From Actinomycetota bacterium (lineage in GTDB: Bacteria > Actinomycetota > Acidimicrobiia > Actinomarinales > Actinomarinaceae): a stretch of DNA of 60,630 nt. Shown here piece after piece: positions 17,833 to 27,387 of the stretch (its first letter is position 1; each line of letters starts with the position of its first letter). Below the pieces are notes generated by a model, which made no database searches, had not been told where the DNA came from, and saw only the letters and a list, made by a program, of their open reading frames with translations. Position numbers and translations under genes: made by a program. Location of the stretch: the NCBI GenBank assembly GCA_027729925.1, contig JAQCEB010000004.1, positions 1 through 60,630 of the forward strand. The letters are read 5' to 3'.

Positions 17833-19390
17833 TTTTACTTCTTAAATTTCTTGTACTTAAAATATAAGTAGGAATCGCGCTTATTGCCAACAAAATTATT
17901 GATGAAAAAGCAGCATCTGTAAATTGACCTTCAATTGAAAAAGACCAAATATCAATAGCAAGAGTTTTAAAACCTGTAGGTCTAAGCAGTAAAGTTTGTG
18001 GGAGCTCTTTAATAGTTGAAAGGAATACTAAAGCTGATCCTGAAAGAATACCGTTTCGAATCATTGGAAATGTAACTTTATAAAAAGTTTTTAGCCTGCT
18101 AAATCCAAGAACAGAACTAGCTTCTAAAAAACTATTACTTATTTGATAAGTCGATGCCCTACCAGCGCCTATAGCTTGAGGCAAAAACACTATTAGGTAT
18201 GAAAAAATTAAAAGTGTAAAAGATTGGTAAAGCCTAGGAACAAATTTTAAAGAGATAAATAGTAAAGAAATACCAATTGTTATGTGTGGTAATCCGTAAA
18301 GTGTGAGAATAATTTTTTCTAGAATTTTATTGAAATTTGACTTGTACTGAGTAAAAGCAACAGTAATTGGTATTGCGATAAAAAAAGCAAGCATACCAGT
18401 TGTCAATGAAACAAAAATTGAACCAAAGATACCTTTATAAACCAATTCAATATTCAAACCACTATTTAATCCATTTTTTAGCCAATAGAACAAAACTAAA
18501 ATTGGCAAAATTAAACTAAAAAACACTACTAGAACAAAATAAGTGTATGTAATAAATAATTTAAATTTATTTAACTCCTTCTTTTTAATGTTTTTTGAAC
18601 GAGAGGAGTTTTGTATCTGATTTGAAACGTCCGAATTTCGTTGTATAAAAGATAATAAAAATGAAGTTAGTAGTAATAACGTGGAATATAAATATACTGC
18701 ATCCCCTGTTATATCAATTTCATAGTACGTATAAATTACTTTGGTCAAAGTACTGTATTTCATTATTGAAACAGCCCCAAAATCTGATAAAACATATAAA
18801 CCAACTAACAATGCGGAGTAAGTTATAGGTTGCTTCAATCGAGGTAAGATAACTCTTGTAAAAAGTTTTACTTTTGATGAACCAAGAGACTTTGCTGCCT
18901 CCTCAATATTATTGTCTAAATTAGAAATAGTATTAAAACAAATCAGTAGTACATAAGGATAAGTAAATAATGATAAGACTATCAAACTACCTATATATCC
19001 ACTTATTCCTGAAATTTCTCGTATTCCAAAATTAGTCAAAAAATTTACAGCTAATCCTTTAGGTGAAAATGCTGATGCATATGTTAATGCACCAATATAA
19101 GATGGGAAAACTAAGGGTAAAATTAATAGTGCTAAAATTATTTTTGACCCTTTAATTTTAAATCTTGAAATTATTAGAGAGGAAGACAAGCCTAAAATCA
19201 GGCTTATTATTACCACACCAACAACTAATGAAAAAGTTTTAAAAAACAATTCATAGAAATCCCAAATTTCAATAAATTGAAGAAGATTATTGTTTATGTT
19301 TAAAGTCTCAAAAAATAGATAAAAAATTGGACTTATGAAAGCTACAACTATAAAAACATTTAAACTTGATAAAAATTTAGGAATTTTCAC
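17822..19390 (-). CDS. fbpB: Fe3+ ABC transporter permease
   Basis: Duplicated permease with EEAAKSLG and LEASSVLG EAA loops, DFGAV, KELPQTLLLRP. Confidence 0.85.
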   Translation of the reverse strand: MKIPKFLSSLNVFIVVAFISPIFYLFFETLNINNNLLQFIEIWDFYELFFKTFSLVVGVVIISLILGLSSSLIISRFKIKGSKIILALLILPLVFPSYIGALTYASAFSPKGLAVNFLTNFGIREISGISGYIGSLIVLSLFTYPYVLLICFNTISNLDNNIEEAAKSLGSSKVKLFTRVILPRLKQPITYSALLVGLYVLSDFGAVSIMKYSTLTKVIYTYYEIDITGDAVYLYSTLLLLTSFLLSFIQRNSDVSNQIQNSSRSKNIKKKELNKFKLFITYTYFVLVVFFSLILPILVLFYWLKNGLNSGLNIELVYKGIFGSIFVSLTTGMLAFFIAIPITVAFTQYKSNFNKILEKIILTLYGLPHITIGISLLFISLKFVPRLYQSFTLLIFSYLIVFLPQAIGAGRASTYQISNSFLEASSVLGFSRLKTFYKVTFPMIRNGILSGSALVFLSTIKELPQTLLLRPTGFKTLAIDIWSFSIEGQFTDAAFSSIILLAISAIPTYILSTRNLRSKNDI

Positions 19391-19448
19391 ACAATTTAGA
19401 GTATCTATTAAATAAATTTATTTAAAGATAAAATATTTATGAACAGAT

Positions 19449-20477
19449 TTAATAACCAGCTTTAGAAATCAACTCGACTGCTTTTGTCTGTAATTTTGAT
19501 AATTCAAGCCATTGATTTGGTTCAAGGTTTAGAAAACTATTTATTTCTGGAAGTTGATTATTTTGATTAACAATATCTATAACAGGAAACTCAAATAAAT
19601 TATTGGTTATTAATTCTTGGGTATTTGAATTTAATAAAAATTCAATAAATATAGTGGCGTTTTCTTGATTTTTGCTTGTTTTAAGTACTCCAATTCCTGA
19701 AGGCATAACTAAGCTGCCGCAACCTGACTTAAAATAATAATTTTTTACATTGCTGGTTTGATTTTCGCTTTTGTACCTAAGGGTATAGTAGTGATTTACT
19801 AGACCAAATTTTATTTCATCATTATCTATGGCATTAATTTGTGTTGAATTATTTGGATACTCAATATATCCCTGATCATGAATATTCTTTAGCCAGGTGT
19901 TAGTTTTTTCTTCACCGTCAAAATATATCATACATGAAACCATTGTTATAAAAGATGAGTTAGTAGGAGCTAAACCTATTTTATTTTTGTATTTAGGATT
20001 TATAAGTTCGTATAAGTCTATTGGTAATTCTTCTTGTTGGGTTGAAGTGGAATTATAGCCTAAAGTTCTAACTCTTATTGATGTTGGAATCCAATAATTA
20101 TTAAACTGATAATTTGAATTTAAACTCCTTTGCATTATTTCATTGGGTAATTGGGTAAAAAGATTTTGTTCAGCTACTTTTTCCAAATTTATTGGATCTT
20201 GAGAAAAAAATAAATCTGCTGGACTGTTATTTCCTTCTAAAATTATCGTGTTTGCTAGTTCTGTGCTATTTGCATACCTTACATCAACCTGGATGCCGGT
20301 TTCTTCTGTGAAGTCTTTTATTATTTCATCAACAATACTTTCTGACCTACCGCTATAAATTACTAGATTATTCCCTTGATCATTATTTGGAAATGTACAG
20401 GCAATTAAAGTAAAAGTTAAAATAAAAAAATTGTTAAAAATAAAAAGTTTAAAATTTCTGTTTTTTAATCTGAACAA
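19449..20477 (-). CDS. fbpA: Fe3+ ABC transporter substrate-binding lipoprotein
   Basis: Lipobox TLIAC, LVIYSGR, GNNSPADLF, GLVNHYY tandem-Tyr iron motif. Confidence 0.85.
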   Translation of the reverse strand: MFRLKNRNFKLFIFNNFFILTFTLIACTFPNNDQGNNLVIYSGRSESIVDEIIKDFTEETGIQVDVRYANSTELANTIILEGNNSPADLFFSQDPINLEKVAEQNLFTQLPNEIMQRSLNSNYQFNNYWIPTSIRVRTLGYNSTSTQQEELPIDLYELINPKYKNKIGLAPTNSSFITMVSCMIYFDGEEKTNTWLKNIHDQGYIEYPNNSTQINAIDNDEIKFGLVNHYYTLRYKSENQTSNVKNYYFKSGCGSLVMPSGIGVLKTSKNQENATIFIEFLLNSNTQELITNNLFEFPVIDIVNQNNQLPEINSFLNLEPNQWLELSKLQTKAVELISKAGY

Positions 20478-20491
20478 TCAATAACTCTTTT

Positions 20492-20620
20492 TTATTTATT
20501 AGTGTTTTGTAAATTTTTTTTATTTGATTTATTAAAAAAAGAAATTGGATTAGCTAAAGCTTTACCGCCATTTTTAACAAACCACATAAAACCAGCTAGT
20601 AAATATGCATACGGACACAT
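20492..20620 (-). CDS. Putative 42-aa leaderless small ORF upstream of fbpA
   Basis: MCPYAYLLAGFMWFVKNGGKALANPISFFNKSNKKNLQNTNK. Consensus TATAAT 6 nt before ATG, stop 14 nt before the fbpA start. Confidence 0.45.
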   Translation of the reverse strand: MCPYAYLLAGFMWFVKNGGKALANPISFFNKSNKKNLQNTNK

Positions 20621-20720
20621 ATTAAAATTATACATTTAATAAATATTAGGAGTTAATTAATTTACTTAAATATGCTTTAAAGAAAATTCTCATATAGCTC
20701 AAATCAATTATTGTTGTGAT

Positions 20721-21203
20721 ATGAGTGGTTTTATAAATGAAATTGCAAGTGAAACTATCTATATTTTAAGCGGAGCAGTATTTCTCTTTGTCATTTTATA
20801 TAAATTTTTTCCAAAATTATTTTTAAAAATTCATAAACCTTTATTTTTCATAATTGGCATTATTTCTCTTTCATTAGGTTATATAGGTATTGTTGTTCCT
20901 GGATTACCAACTACAGTATTCATTTTGATATCAGCATGGGCATTTTCAAAATGTTCTGATCGTTTTACCTATTGGCTCGAAAATCATAAATTGTTTGGTC
21001 AAATGATAAACAATTGGAAACTTTATAAAGGGTTGTCAAGAAAAGCTAAAAAAGTTGCGATTCTTACAATTATTCCGACATTTGGAATAACAATTTATCT
21101 GGTATTTAACTTATTTGGTGATATAGTTTTTGGATTATTTGGACTAATGTTGTGTTTTTGGCTTGTAACTAGACCAGAGCCACCTTTGAACCAAAATAAT
21201 TAA
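20721..21203 (+). CDS. YbaN/DUF454-family membrane protein
   Basis: GIVVPGLPTTVFILISAWAFSKCS, WLENHKLFG. Confidence 0.85.
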   Translation: MSGFINEIASETIYILSGAVFLFVILYKFFPKLFLKIHKPLFFIIGIISLSLGYIGIVVPGLPTTVFILISAWAFSKCSDRFTYWLENHKLFGQMINNWKLYKGLSRKAKKVAILTIIPTFGITIYLVFNLFGDIVFGLFGLMLCFWLVTRPEPPLNQNN

Positions 21204-21204
21204 A

Positions 21205-21807
21205 TTAATTTGCTTCCGGTATTTGATATCCAATTGGTGAAACTTTATCTAATTCAAATATATCTCTAGCTTGAGCTTCGTAATTAAGGCCAATAGAAAT
21301 CTGTTCACCCTCTGTAACTCTGTTTCCGTTTTCGTCTAATCTGGCATTCATGATAGCTTTTTTACCCGATTTACAAATTGTTTTTATTTCTGATAACTCA
21401 TCAGCCCAAGCTAATAAGTAAACACTTCCGGGGAATGGTTCACCTCTAAAATCAGATCGGAGACCATAACACAGAACTGGAATTTTTAATTTATCAACTA
21501 CAAGTGAAAGTTGTAAAACTTGTTTTGGACTTAAAAATTGTGCTTCATCAACTAAAACACATGATATTTTATCTCTTTGATTTTCATGGGCTGTCCAAAC
21601 ATATAAATCATCAGATTCTGTAAATATTTCACACTCTCTGTTAAGACCTATCCTAGATGTAATTTGTCCTTCACCATATCTATCATCTAGTTTTGGGGTA
21701 AAAAGTAGTGTTCTCATATTTCGTTCTTCATAATTATGAGCCGACTGTAATAAAGTTGTACTTTTACCAGCATTCATTGCAGAATAATAAAAATAAAGTT
21801 TAGCCAT
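21205..21807 (-). CDS. tdk: Thymidine kinase
   Basis: [26 protein letters not shown]. Confidence 0.95.
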   Translation of the reverse strand: MAKLYFYYSAMNAGKSTTLLQSAHNYEERNMRTLLFTPKLDDRYGEGQITSRIGLNRECEIFTESDDLYVWTAHENQRDKISCVLVDEAQFLSPKQVLQLSLVVDKLKIPVLCYGLRSDFRGEPFPGSVYLLAWADELSEIKTICKSGKKAIMNARLDENGNRVTEGEQISIGLNYEAQARDIFELDKVSPIGYQIPEAN

Positions 21808-21839
21808 TTATTTAATATTAACCTTAAAAATTTTTGTTT

Positions 21840-22835
21840 TTAAATTTCAGCAACAATTCTTCCAATTGACTTTCTAGTACCTATCAATTCTAAGTTATCA
21901 ACAATTTCTTCAAACTTAATTACTTTATAAACAGGTTCAATTTCTTTATTTAAATACTGATTAAAAATTAGTTCTAACCTATCAGATAGATAATTTTTAT
22001 TATTTGATTCAAAATCAATCATAAACACTCCCATCACTGTGATATTTTTAACTAATAGATAACTCAGTAATTGTGATGGAATATTGCCACTTGCAAAACC
22101 GACAATTAGAGCCTTGCCTTCTGATTTTAAAAGCTTAATTCCGCTCTCGTACATCTCACCACCAACTTGATCGTAAAAAATGTCTACCGGTCTTTTTCCA
22201 AACTTTTGTTCCACTATTTCTTTAATATTTTCTTTTTGATAATTAATAACAAGGTCTGGGTTAAATTTATTTATAAACTCTTTTTTTACATCACTACCAA
22301 CTGCTGCTATAACTTTTGCACCATAATTTTTTGCTAGTTGTACCGCAGAAATTCCAACACCACCAGCAGCTGCATTAATTAAAACTAAATCATTTTTTTT
22401 AATCTCCGCTCTTCTTACAAGCGCAAAATCAGATGTTAAATAAGACATTAAAATAGCTGCACCTGCATTGAAACTAATTTTTTCAGGTAAGAAATAAGTC
22501 AAATTTTCTGATGAAATACAATACTCACCAAAACTTCCATAACGACCTGATCGAAATACTGTTGTAGCTCCAACAACTCTATCACCTACTTTAAATTTGC
22601 TTTGCGACGAAACTTTCTTTACAACACCAGCAGCTTCAAAGCCAGGAACAAATGGAGTTTTAGGGTTTGATTGATAAAGACCACTCGCAAGGAGTAAGTC
22701 AGCAAAATTTAAAGTAGTTGATTTAGTTTCAATTAATATCTCGCCTTCTTGAATTTCAGGAATATCTATTTCTGCAATTTGTAGTTTATCAAATGAAGTT
22801 ACTTGATTTTGTATCCAAGCTTTGTAGGTTGACAT
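21840..22835 (-). CDS. NADPH:quinone oxidoreductase (MDR/zeta-crystallin family)
   Basis: LNFADLL, PFVPGFEAAG, AAAGGVG, GFASG. Confidence 0.85.
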   Translation of the reverse strand: MSTYKAWIQNQVTSFDKLQIAEIDIPEIQEGEILIETKSTTLNFADLLLASGLYQSNPKTPFVPGFEAAGVVKKVSSQSKFKVGDRVVGATTVFRSGRYGSFGEYCISSENLTYFLPEKISFNAGAAILMSYLTSDFALVRRAEIKKNDLVLINAAAGGVGISAVQLAKNYGAKVIAAVGSDVKKEFINKFNPDLVINYQKENIKEIVEQKFGKRPVDIFYDQVGGEMYESGIKLLKSEGKALIVGFASGNIPSQLLSYLLVKNITVMGVFMIDFESNNKNYLSDRLELIFNQYLNKEIEPVYKVIKFEEIVDNLELIGTRKSIGRIVAEI

Positions 22836-22876
22836 ATAGATAATTTTAATAATTTAGATTATGCTATGCTTTTTTT

Positions 22877-23266
22877 ATGTATGAATTTCTAAAGCTTTTA
22901 CACCTAATTTCTGCATCAGTCTGGTTAGGTGGAATGATATTAATGGGAGCGTTTGTTCCAGTAGTTAGAAAGATTGATGATACTGGTATGACATTAAAAG
23001 CACTCGCATCTAGATTTGGCCAAATTGGTTGGGGAGTTTATTTTCTTGCCTTATTTAGTGGTATTGGTATGTTTTTAATTGCCTGGGGGTCATCTGATCT
23101 AAACATCTATTTTCATATAAAAATGACATTATTTGTTCTTGCTGGATTGCTTACTTTTATACATTCAAAAGCTGGAAAATTACAACCTAAATTTAGAGGG
23201 ATGATTCAGGGTTTAATTTTACTTTGTACTATTGGGATTTTTTATTCCGCAATAATGTTTTCATGA
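22877..23266 (+). CDS. Four-helix membrane protein, CopD/DUF4149-like
   Basis: LHLISASVWLGG, RFGQIGW, FHIKMTL. Confidence 0.55.
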   Translation: MYEFLKLLHLISASVWLGGMILMGAFVPVVRKIDDTGMTLKALASRFGQIGWGVYFLALFSGIGMFLIAWGSSDLNIYFHIKMTLFVLAGLLTFIHSKAGKLQPKFRGMIQGLILLCTIGIFYSAIMFS

Positions 23267-23797
23267 CAAGTTTTTAATATCCTCAATATCAGATTCCTGT
23301 ATAACTCCCACTCCTCTGAAAATTATTTCATTTGAATCTTTTTTAATTACAAACCAATAAATATCTTTCTCGTCTGGAATTTCTAATGCCTCCCTTAAGC
23401 TTTCTTTATTAAGATAAACTGTTATAGTTCGATTTCTTACGTAATCATCTTTTATAGCTGCTCTCATAGTTCCGTCCAGATACATCTGTCCGAGTTTTGT
23501 GAACTCTGCAATTGTTGGGACTTCTATGATATTAAAATCTTGCTCAAGTTGATGTTTTTCAAGAATTCGAATCGACTCATCAACTATTGGCTGGTGCCAC
23601 TGTTGGAAGGCTAAGATTGCTATTAAGTTTTTATCAACAAAATCATCTGGTACAGATTTTTTTACTTTGTTTAAGTTCTTACCTTGTATAGTTGGGAAAG
23701 AATTTGATTCAAAATTTTCCACTATTTGACCTCTATATGATATTACTAAAAGTATTGTAGGTACACTAAGCAGGGCCAAGTATTTTTTCAAGTTCAT
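23261..23797 (-). CDS. Thioredoxin-fold protein resembling the ATP10 family, N-terminal anchor
   Basis: FPTIQGKNL, PDDF, LAFQQWHQPIVD, LDGTMRAAI, ITVYLNK. Confidence 0.55.
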   Translation of the reverse strand: MNLKKYLALLSVPTILLVISYRGQIVENFESNSFPTIQGKNLNKVKKSVPDDFVDKNLIAILAFQQWHQPIVDESIRILEKHQLEQDFNIIEVPTIAEFTKLGQMYLDGTMRAAIKDDYVRNRTITVYLNKESLREALEIPDEKDIYWFVIKKDSNEIIFRGVGVIQESDIEDIKNLS

Positions 23798-24194
23798 AAA
23801 TGTTTTCCATTAAATTATTAAATTGCTTATTAAAAAACGGACCGATAATTTTAAAAATGCCTTTAAATTTTACATCTACAGTATAAGTAAGCTCTGTACC
23901 TTTATTATTGGCCGATAAAAAAATTGTATCAGTTATAACAAAATTTCTATTTCTTGATTGAAGAGATGCTCGTAATGGCGGACCCCATTCTATAACTTCA
24001 TAATTCAAATTTATTTCTCTTTCATTGAATTTTGTCTTAACTTCAAATATTGAGCCTGACCTCAGAGGTTCTTTACTAGTTAAAGTAGCTTCATCGTGAG
24101 GGTTCCATTTATGCAAATTTCTAAAGTCTGCAACAAAATTAAAAGTATTTTGAATATCACTTTTTACAGTAATTGTTTTTGAGAATGTAGCCAT
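23766..24194 (-). CDS. SRPBCC (START/polyketide cyclase-like) protein
   Basis: FNFVADFRNLHKWNP, GTELTY pattern, C-terminal helix. Confidence 0.75.
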   Translation of the reverse strand: MATFSKTITVKSDIQNTFNFVADFRNLHKWNPHDEATLTSKEPLRSGSIFEVKTKFNEREINLNYEVIEWGPPLRASLQSRNRNFVITDTIFLSANNKGTELTYTVDVKFKGIFKIIGPFFNKQFNNLMENIYELEKILGPA

Positions 24195-24231
24195 GAAACT
24201 ATTTTAAGGCTTTTAAAAACTTTAAATAAAT

Positions 24232-25053
24232 CTATTTAAGATTTAAAGATCTTTTTGTATAACCAATATATCCAATAACTAAAAAAAGTAATATTTTGGA
24301 AATAACTAAGGACATATCTAATAAATTAAGACCATTTTGGTATGGATTTCCATACGCCCCAAATGATGAAATATTTTCATGTATCCACTCAAATATCTTA
24401 TTGCTACTGCTCAACATATTTGAAAGCCATTCTACTGCTAGTAGTCCCATACCAAAATTCCAAGCATTTCCAGATTTGCCAGTGTACATTGCAATTGAAT
24501 ACCCTAATACTCCAAATGAAATACCACCTAAACTACTTTGTAATCCTGCTTTCATCATTGGTAAATATTCTAAGTTTTGAGACAAGTTCATAAACGCCAT
24601 TGGAATATACATTATATGAAACCAAATTTGAGAAATAATAATTCCAAAAACAACAGCTACAAGTGAATGAATATAGTAAATTTGTTTTCTATTTAGGGGT
24701 AAAGATGCAACAAATTCGAATGTTCCCTCTTCTTCAGATTTTGCCCCCATTTTATTTAAAAGTACAATAGTTGCAATCGCAATTAGCAGTGGAACAAATA
24801 AATTCATTAAATACGTTGTAATTATTCCCTCAAGGGTAAACACATTTTCCCAATCTGAAATACCTAAAATATTTAACATTGTATCGTTTTCAGCAAGACT
24901 ACTTAAACCATCTCTTTTTGTATAAATCAGGTTCTCAAAACTTTGATTAGAGAATGCAAGTGGAACTATTGTAAAGTAAATTGCCGGAGCTAATATCCAA
25001 GTCATAATTAACTTTTTAGGTACTTTAATAAAATAATTTAAATAACTAATCAT
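24232..25053 (-). CDS. ABC-2 type exporter permease
   Basis: Six TM helices, EEEGTFEFVASLPLNR. Confidence 0.8.
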   Translation of the reverse strand: MISYLNYFIKVPKKLIMTWILAPAIYFTIVPLAFSNQSFENLIYTKRDGLSSLAENDTMLNILGISDWENVFTLEGIITTYLMNLFVPLLIAIATIVLLNKMGAKSEEEGTFEFVASLPLNRKQIYYIHSLVAVVFGIIISQIWFHIMYIPMAFMNLSQNLEYLPMMKAGLQSSLGGISFGVLGYSIAMYTGKSGNAWNFGMGLLAVEWLSNMLSSSNKIFEWIHENISSFGAYGNPYQNGLNLLDMSLVISKILLFLVIGYIGYTKRSLNLK

Positions 25054-25765
25054 TTTTTACATTCCTATCATAAAATTTGAAAAATGCATCTTCAATGCTG
25101 ATATTTTGCATTTTTGAGTTTTCTACAAAAGTTGTAAGTTGTTCATCATAGATTTTCGAACCATTTTTTAATACTGCCATTGAAGTTGTTATTTTTTCAA
25201 TCTCAGAAATTATATGAGAGGATAACAAAATTGAAACGCCTTCATTCGAAAATTCTGAAATTACCTCAAAAAAAGTTCTTTGATGAAAAGGGTCTAATCC
25301 TGAAGTTGGTTCATCTAAAACTAAAGCTTTTGGTTTATGGAGTAGTGATAATATTAAGGCAGTTTTTTGGCGATTACCTTTAGATTGTTCTTTTATTTGT
25401 TGAGTTATATCAAGTTCAAATCTATCACTAAGTTCAATTGCATAATCAATAGTGGAACTTCTCATTTTTGAGCTTAATTTAAATAATTCTTTGGAGGAAA
25501 TATTTTGTGGTAACTGTGGATCGCCTGGCAAATACCCAATGATTGCTTTTGCTTCTGCTGAATTATGTAGTGTATTAATTCCATTTACAGTCATATTGCC
25601 ACTAGTAGGCAGTAAAAATCCCATGAAGCTTCTCATGATAGTAGATTTACCAGAACCATTTGGACCAAGTAATCCTTTAACCTCACCAGATTTGATTGTG
25701 AGATTTATATCACTGACCCCTTTACCATTTTTGTAAAGCATTGTTAGGTCTTTAATTTCAATCAT
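25046..25765 (-). CDS. ABC exporter ATP-binding protein
   Basis: GPNGSGKST, SKGNRQK, LDEPTSGLDP, SSH. Confidence 0.9.
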   Translation of the reverse strand: MIEIKDLTMLYKNGKGVSDINLTIKSGEVKGLLGPNGSGKSTIMRSFMGFLLPTSGNMTVNGINTLHNSAEAKAIIGYLPGDPQLPQNISSKELFKLSSKMRSSTIDYAIELSDRFELDITQQIKEQSKGNRQKTALILSLLHKPKALVLDEPTSGLDPFHQRTFFEVISEFSNEGVSILLSSHIISEIEKITTSMAVLKNGSKIYDEQLTTFVENSKMQNISIEDAFFKFYDRNVKND

Positions 25766-25783
25766 ATTTTTAATATAATTAAT

Positions 25784-25915
25784 CTATTCTTTATTTTCTT
25801 TTCTTTGCTTACTTCTTAACCATGTTAGTAGTAAAGCTGGTACAAGGAAATATAGTAATTCGTCCCATCCACCTTGATGCTGAAACGTGGGTGGTGGAAT
25901 ATATTTAATTAACAT
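25784..25915 (-). CDS. Unannotated 43-aa single-pass membrane protein coupled to nuoN
   Basis: MLIKYIPPPTFQHQGGWDELLYFLVPALLLTWLRSKQRKENKE. ATG overlaps the nuoN TAA (TAATG). TM helix plus basic tail. Confidence 0.7.
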   Translation of the reverse strand: MLIKYIPPPTFQHQGGWDELLYFLVPALLLTWLRSKQRKENKE

Positions 25916-27387
25916 TAAATATAATTTTCTACGACCCAGCGAGTTAGATTTATCAGTACATTTGGAAGAATACCTAGTAACAAAGTTACTACTGCAAGTA
26001 AACCAACTGAAACTTTGTCTGAAGTCGAAATATCAATTTTTGATAAAGGATTTTCATTTTTTTCAATTGATGCAATCCAAATTGGTCTTAAGTAAAAATA
26101 AAATCCAACAACAGTAGATAGCATCAAAACAACAACAAGTAAATATTTTTCATATGACCATAAATTAGTTATGAGTATGAATTTTGATACAAAACCACTT
26201 GTTAATGGCATTCCAGCTAAACCAAACATAAAAATAGAAAAACTAATAGTTAGAAATTTATTATTCAAAAACAATCCAGATAGTTCACCTATTTCAAAAT
26301 TTGAGGTAAGTTGCCCTTTAATAATTGAAAATATAGAAAATATTCCAAGAAGCTGAACAATATATGAAAACAAATAAAATAAAGACGCGCTTATTCCAAA
26401 CACACCTGAAACCATTCCAGATAAAATAAAACCTGATTGAATAACTCCACTATAAGCAATAAGACGTTTTAAATCCGTTTGGTTAGTAGCAAATAATGCA
26501 CCTAATAATGCTGATAAAAGTACAACGATAGTAAAAAATAATTCGAACTTATCTAGAATAAAACGAATTGAAATAGCTGAAATTCGAGCTAACACTATAA
26601 AAGATGCCGCCTTAGCAGTAGTTGCCATATAACCCACAAAACCTGTTGGTGAACCTTGATAAACATCTGGTGCCCAAGCTTGAAATGGCGCTGCAGCTAC
26701 TTTGAACAGTAATCCGACAATTATAAAAATCATTCCAATTAAAGTTGTTAAAGGTACATTTTGTGCGCCAATAAAATTTATTGCAATACTTGTTTCATAT
26801 ACACCACTAATTGAAAGCGATACATACAATAGTGCAACACCATAGATTAATACGCATGAAGCTAGTGAACCTAATAGAAAATACTTTAATGAAGCTTCAT
26901 TGCTTAATTTGTCTCCTCGATTTAGTCCAGCAAGTGCATAAAGGCTTATTGATCCAATCTCCAATCCAATAAAAAGCATTATAAAATTTTCGGAATCGAT
27001 CATAAGCAAAAATCCAGAAGCAGACATTAAAATAAGAATTATTGCCTCTGTGGTTTTACCTTCAAGGCTTGCAGATGTCTTCCAAAATGAATTAAATGTG
27101 AACAATAAAATTAAGCCAATTAAGACATTTCCAAATAATGAGAACTCATCTAATAATATTTTTTCAGAAAAATATGATGAAACTCCGTCTGTTAAATACA
27201 AACCAAATTTAAGAAATATAAAAAAGTTTGTTAACAAAATCCCTAAAAAAGTAATTAATTTTTTCAAAACATCTGATGATGGAATAGTGATTGTAAAAAA
27301 AAGTAAAATTAGCGCAGTTAATACTAAAACAACTGTTGGAGATATCACTATAAAATTAAAACCTATTATTTCAGATATAGATATCAT
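25915..27387 (-). CDS. nuoN: NADH-quinone oxidoreductase subunit N (14-subunit cluster)
   Basis: EASLKYFLLG, FKVAAAPFQAWAPDVYQGSP. Confidence 0.95.
   Translation of the reverse strand: MISISEIIGFNFIVISPTVVLVLTALILLFFTITIPSSDVLKKLITFLGILLTNFFIFLKFGLYLTDGVSSYFSEKILLDEFSLFGNVLIGLILLFTFNSFWKTSASLEGKTTEAIILILMSASGFLLMIDSENFIMLFIGLEIGSISLYALAGLNRGDKLSNEASLKYFLLGSLASCVLIYGVALLYVSLSISGVYETSIAINFIGAQNVPLTTLIGMIFIIVGLLFKVAAAPFQAWAPDVYQGSPTGFVGYMATTAKAASFIVLARISAISIRFILDKFELFFTIVVLLSALLGALFATNQTDLKRLIAYSGVIQSGFILSGMVSGVFGISASLFYLFSYIVQLLGIFSIFSIIKGQLTSNFEIGELSGLFLNNKFLTISFSIFMFGLAGMPLTSGFVSKFILITNLWSYEKYLLVVVLMLSTVVGFYFYLRPIWIASIEKNENPLSKIDISTSDKVSVGLLAVVTLLLGILPNVLINLTRWVVENYI

Noticed and set aside
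15768-20477. Heliorhodopsin as part of the fbpABC operon
   Set aside because: An opposite-strand ORF overlapping the fbpC stop intervenes, and heliorhodopsin has its own SD and upstream gap.
20545-20563. IdeR/DtxR-like box TTGGATTAGCTAAAGCTTT upstream of fbpA
   Set aside because: About 13/19 match with poor symmetry, and it lies inside the small ORF. Not supportable without a PWM scan.
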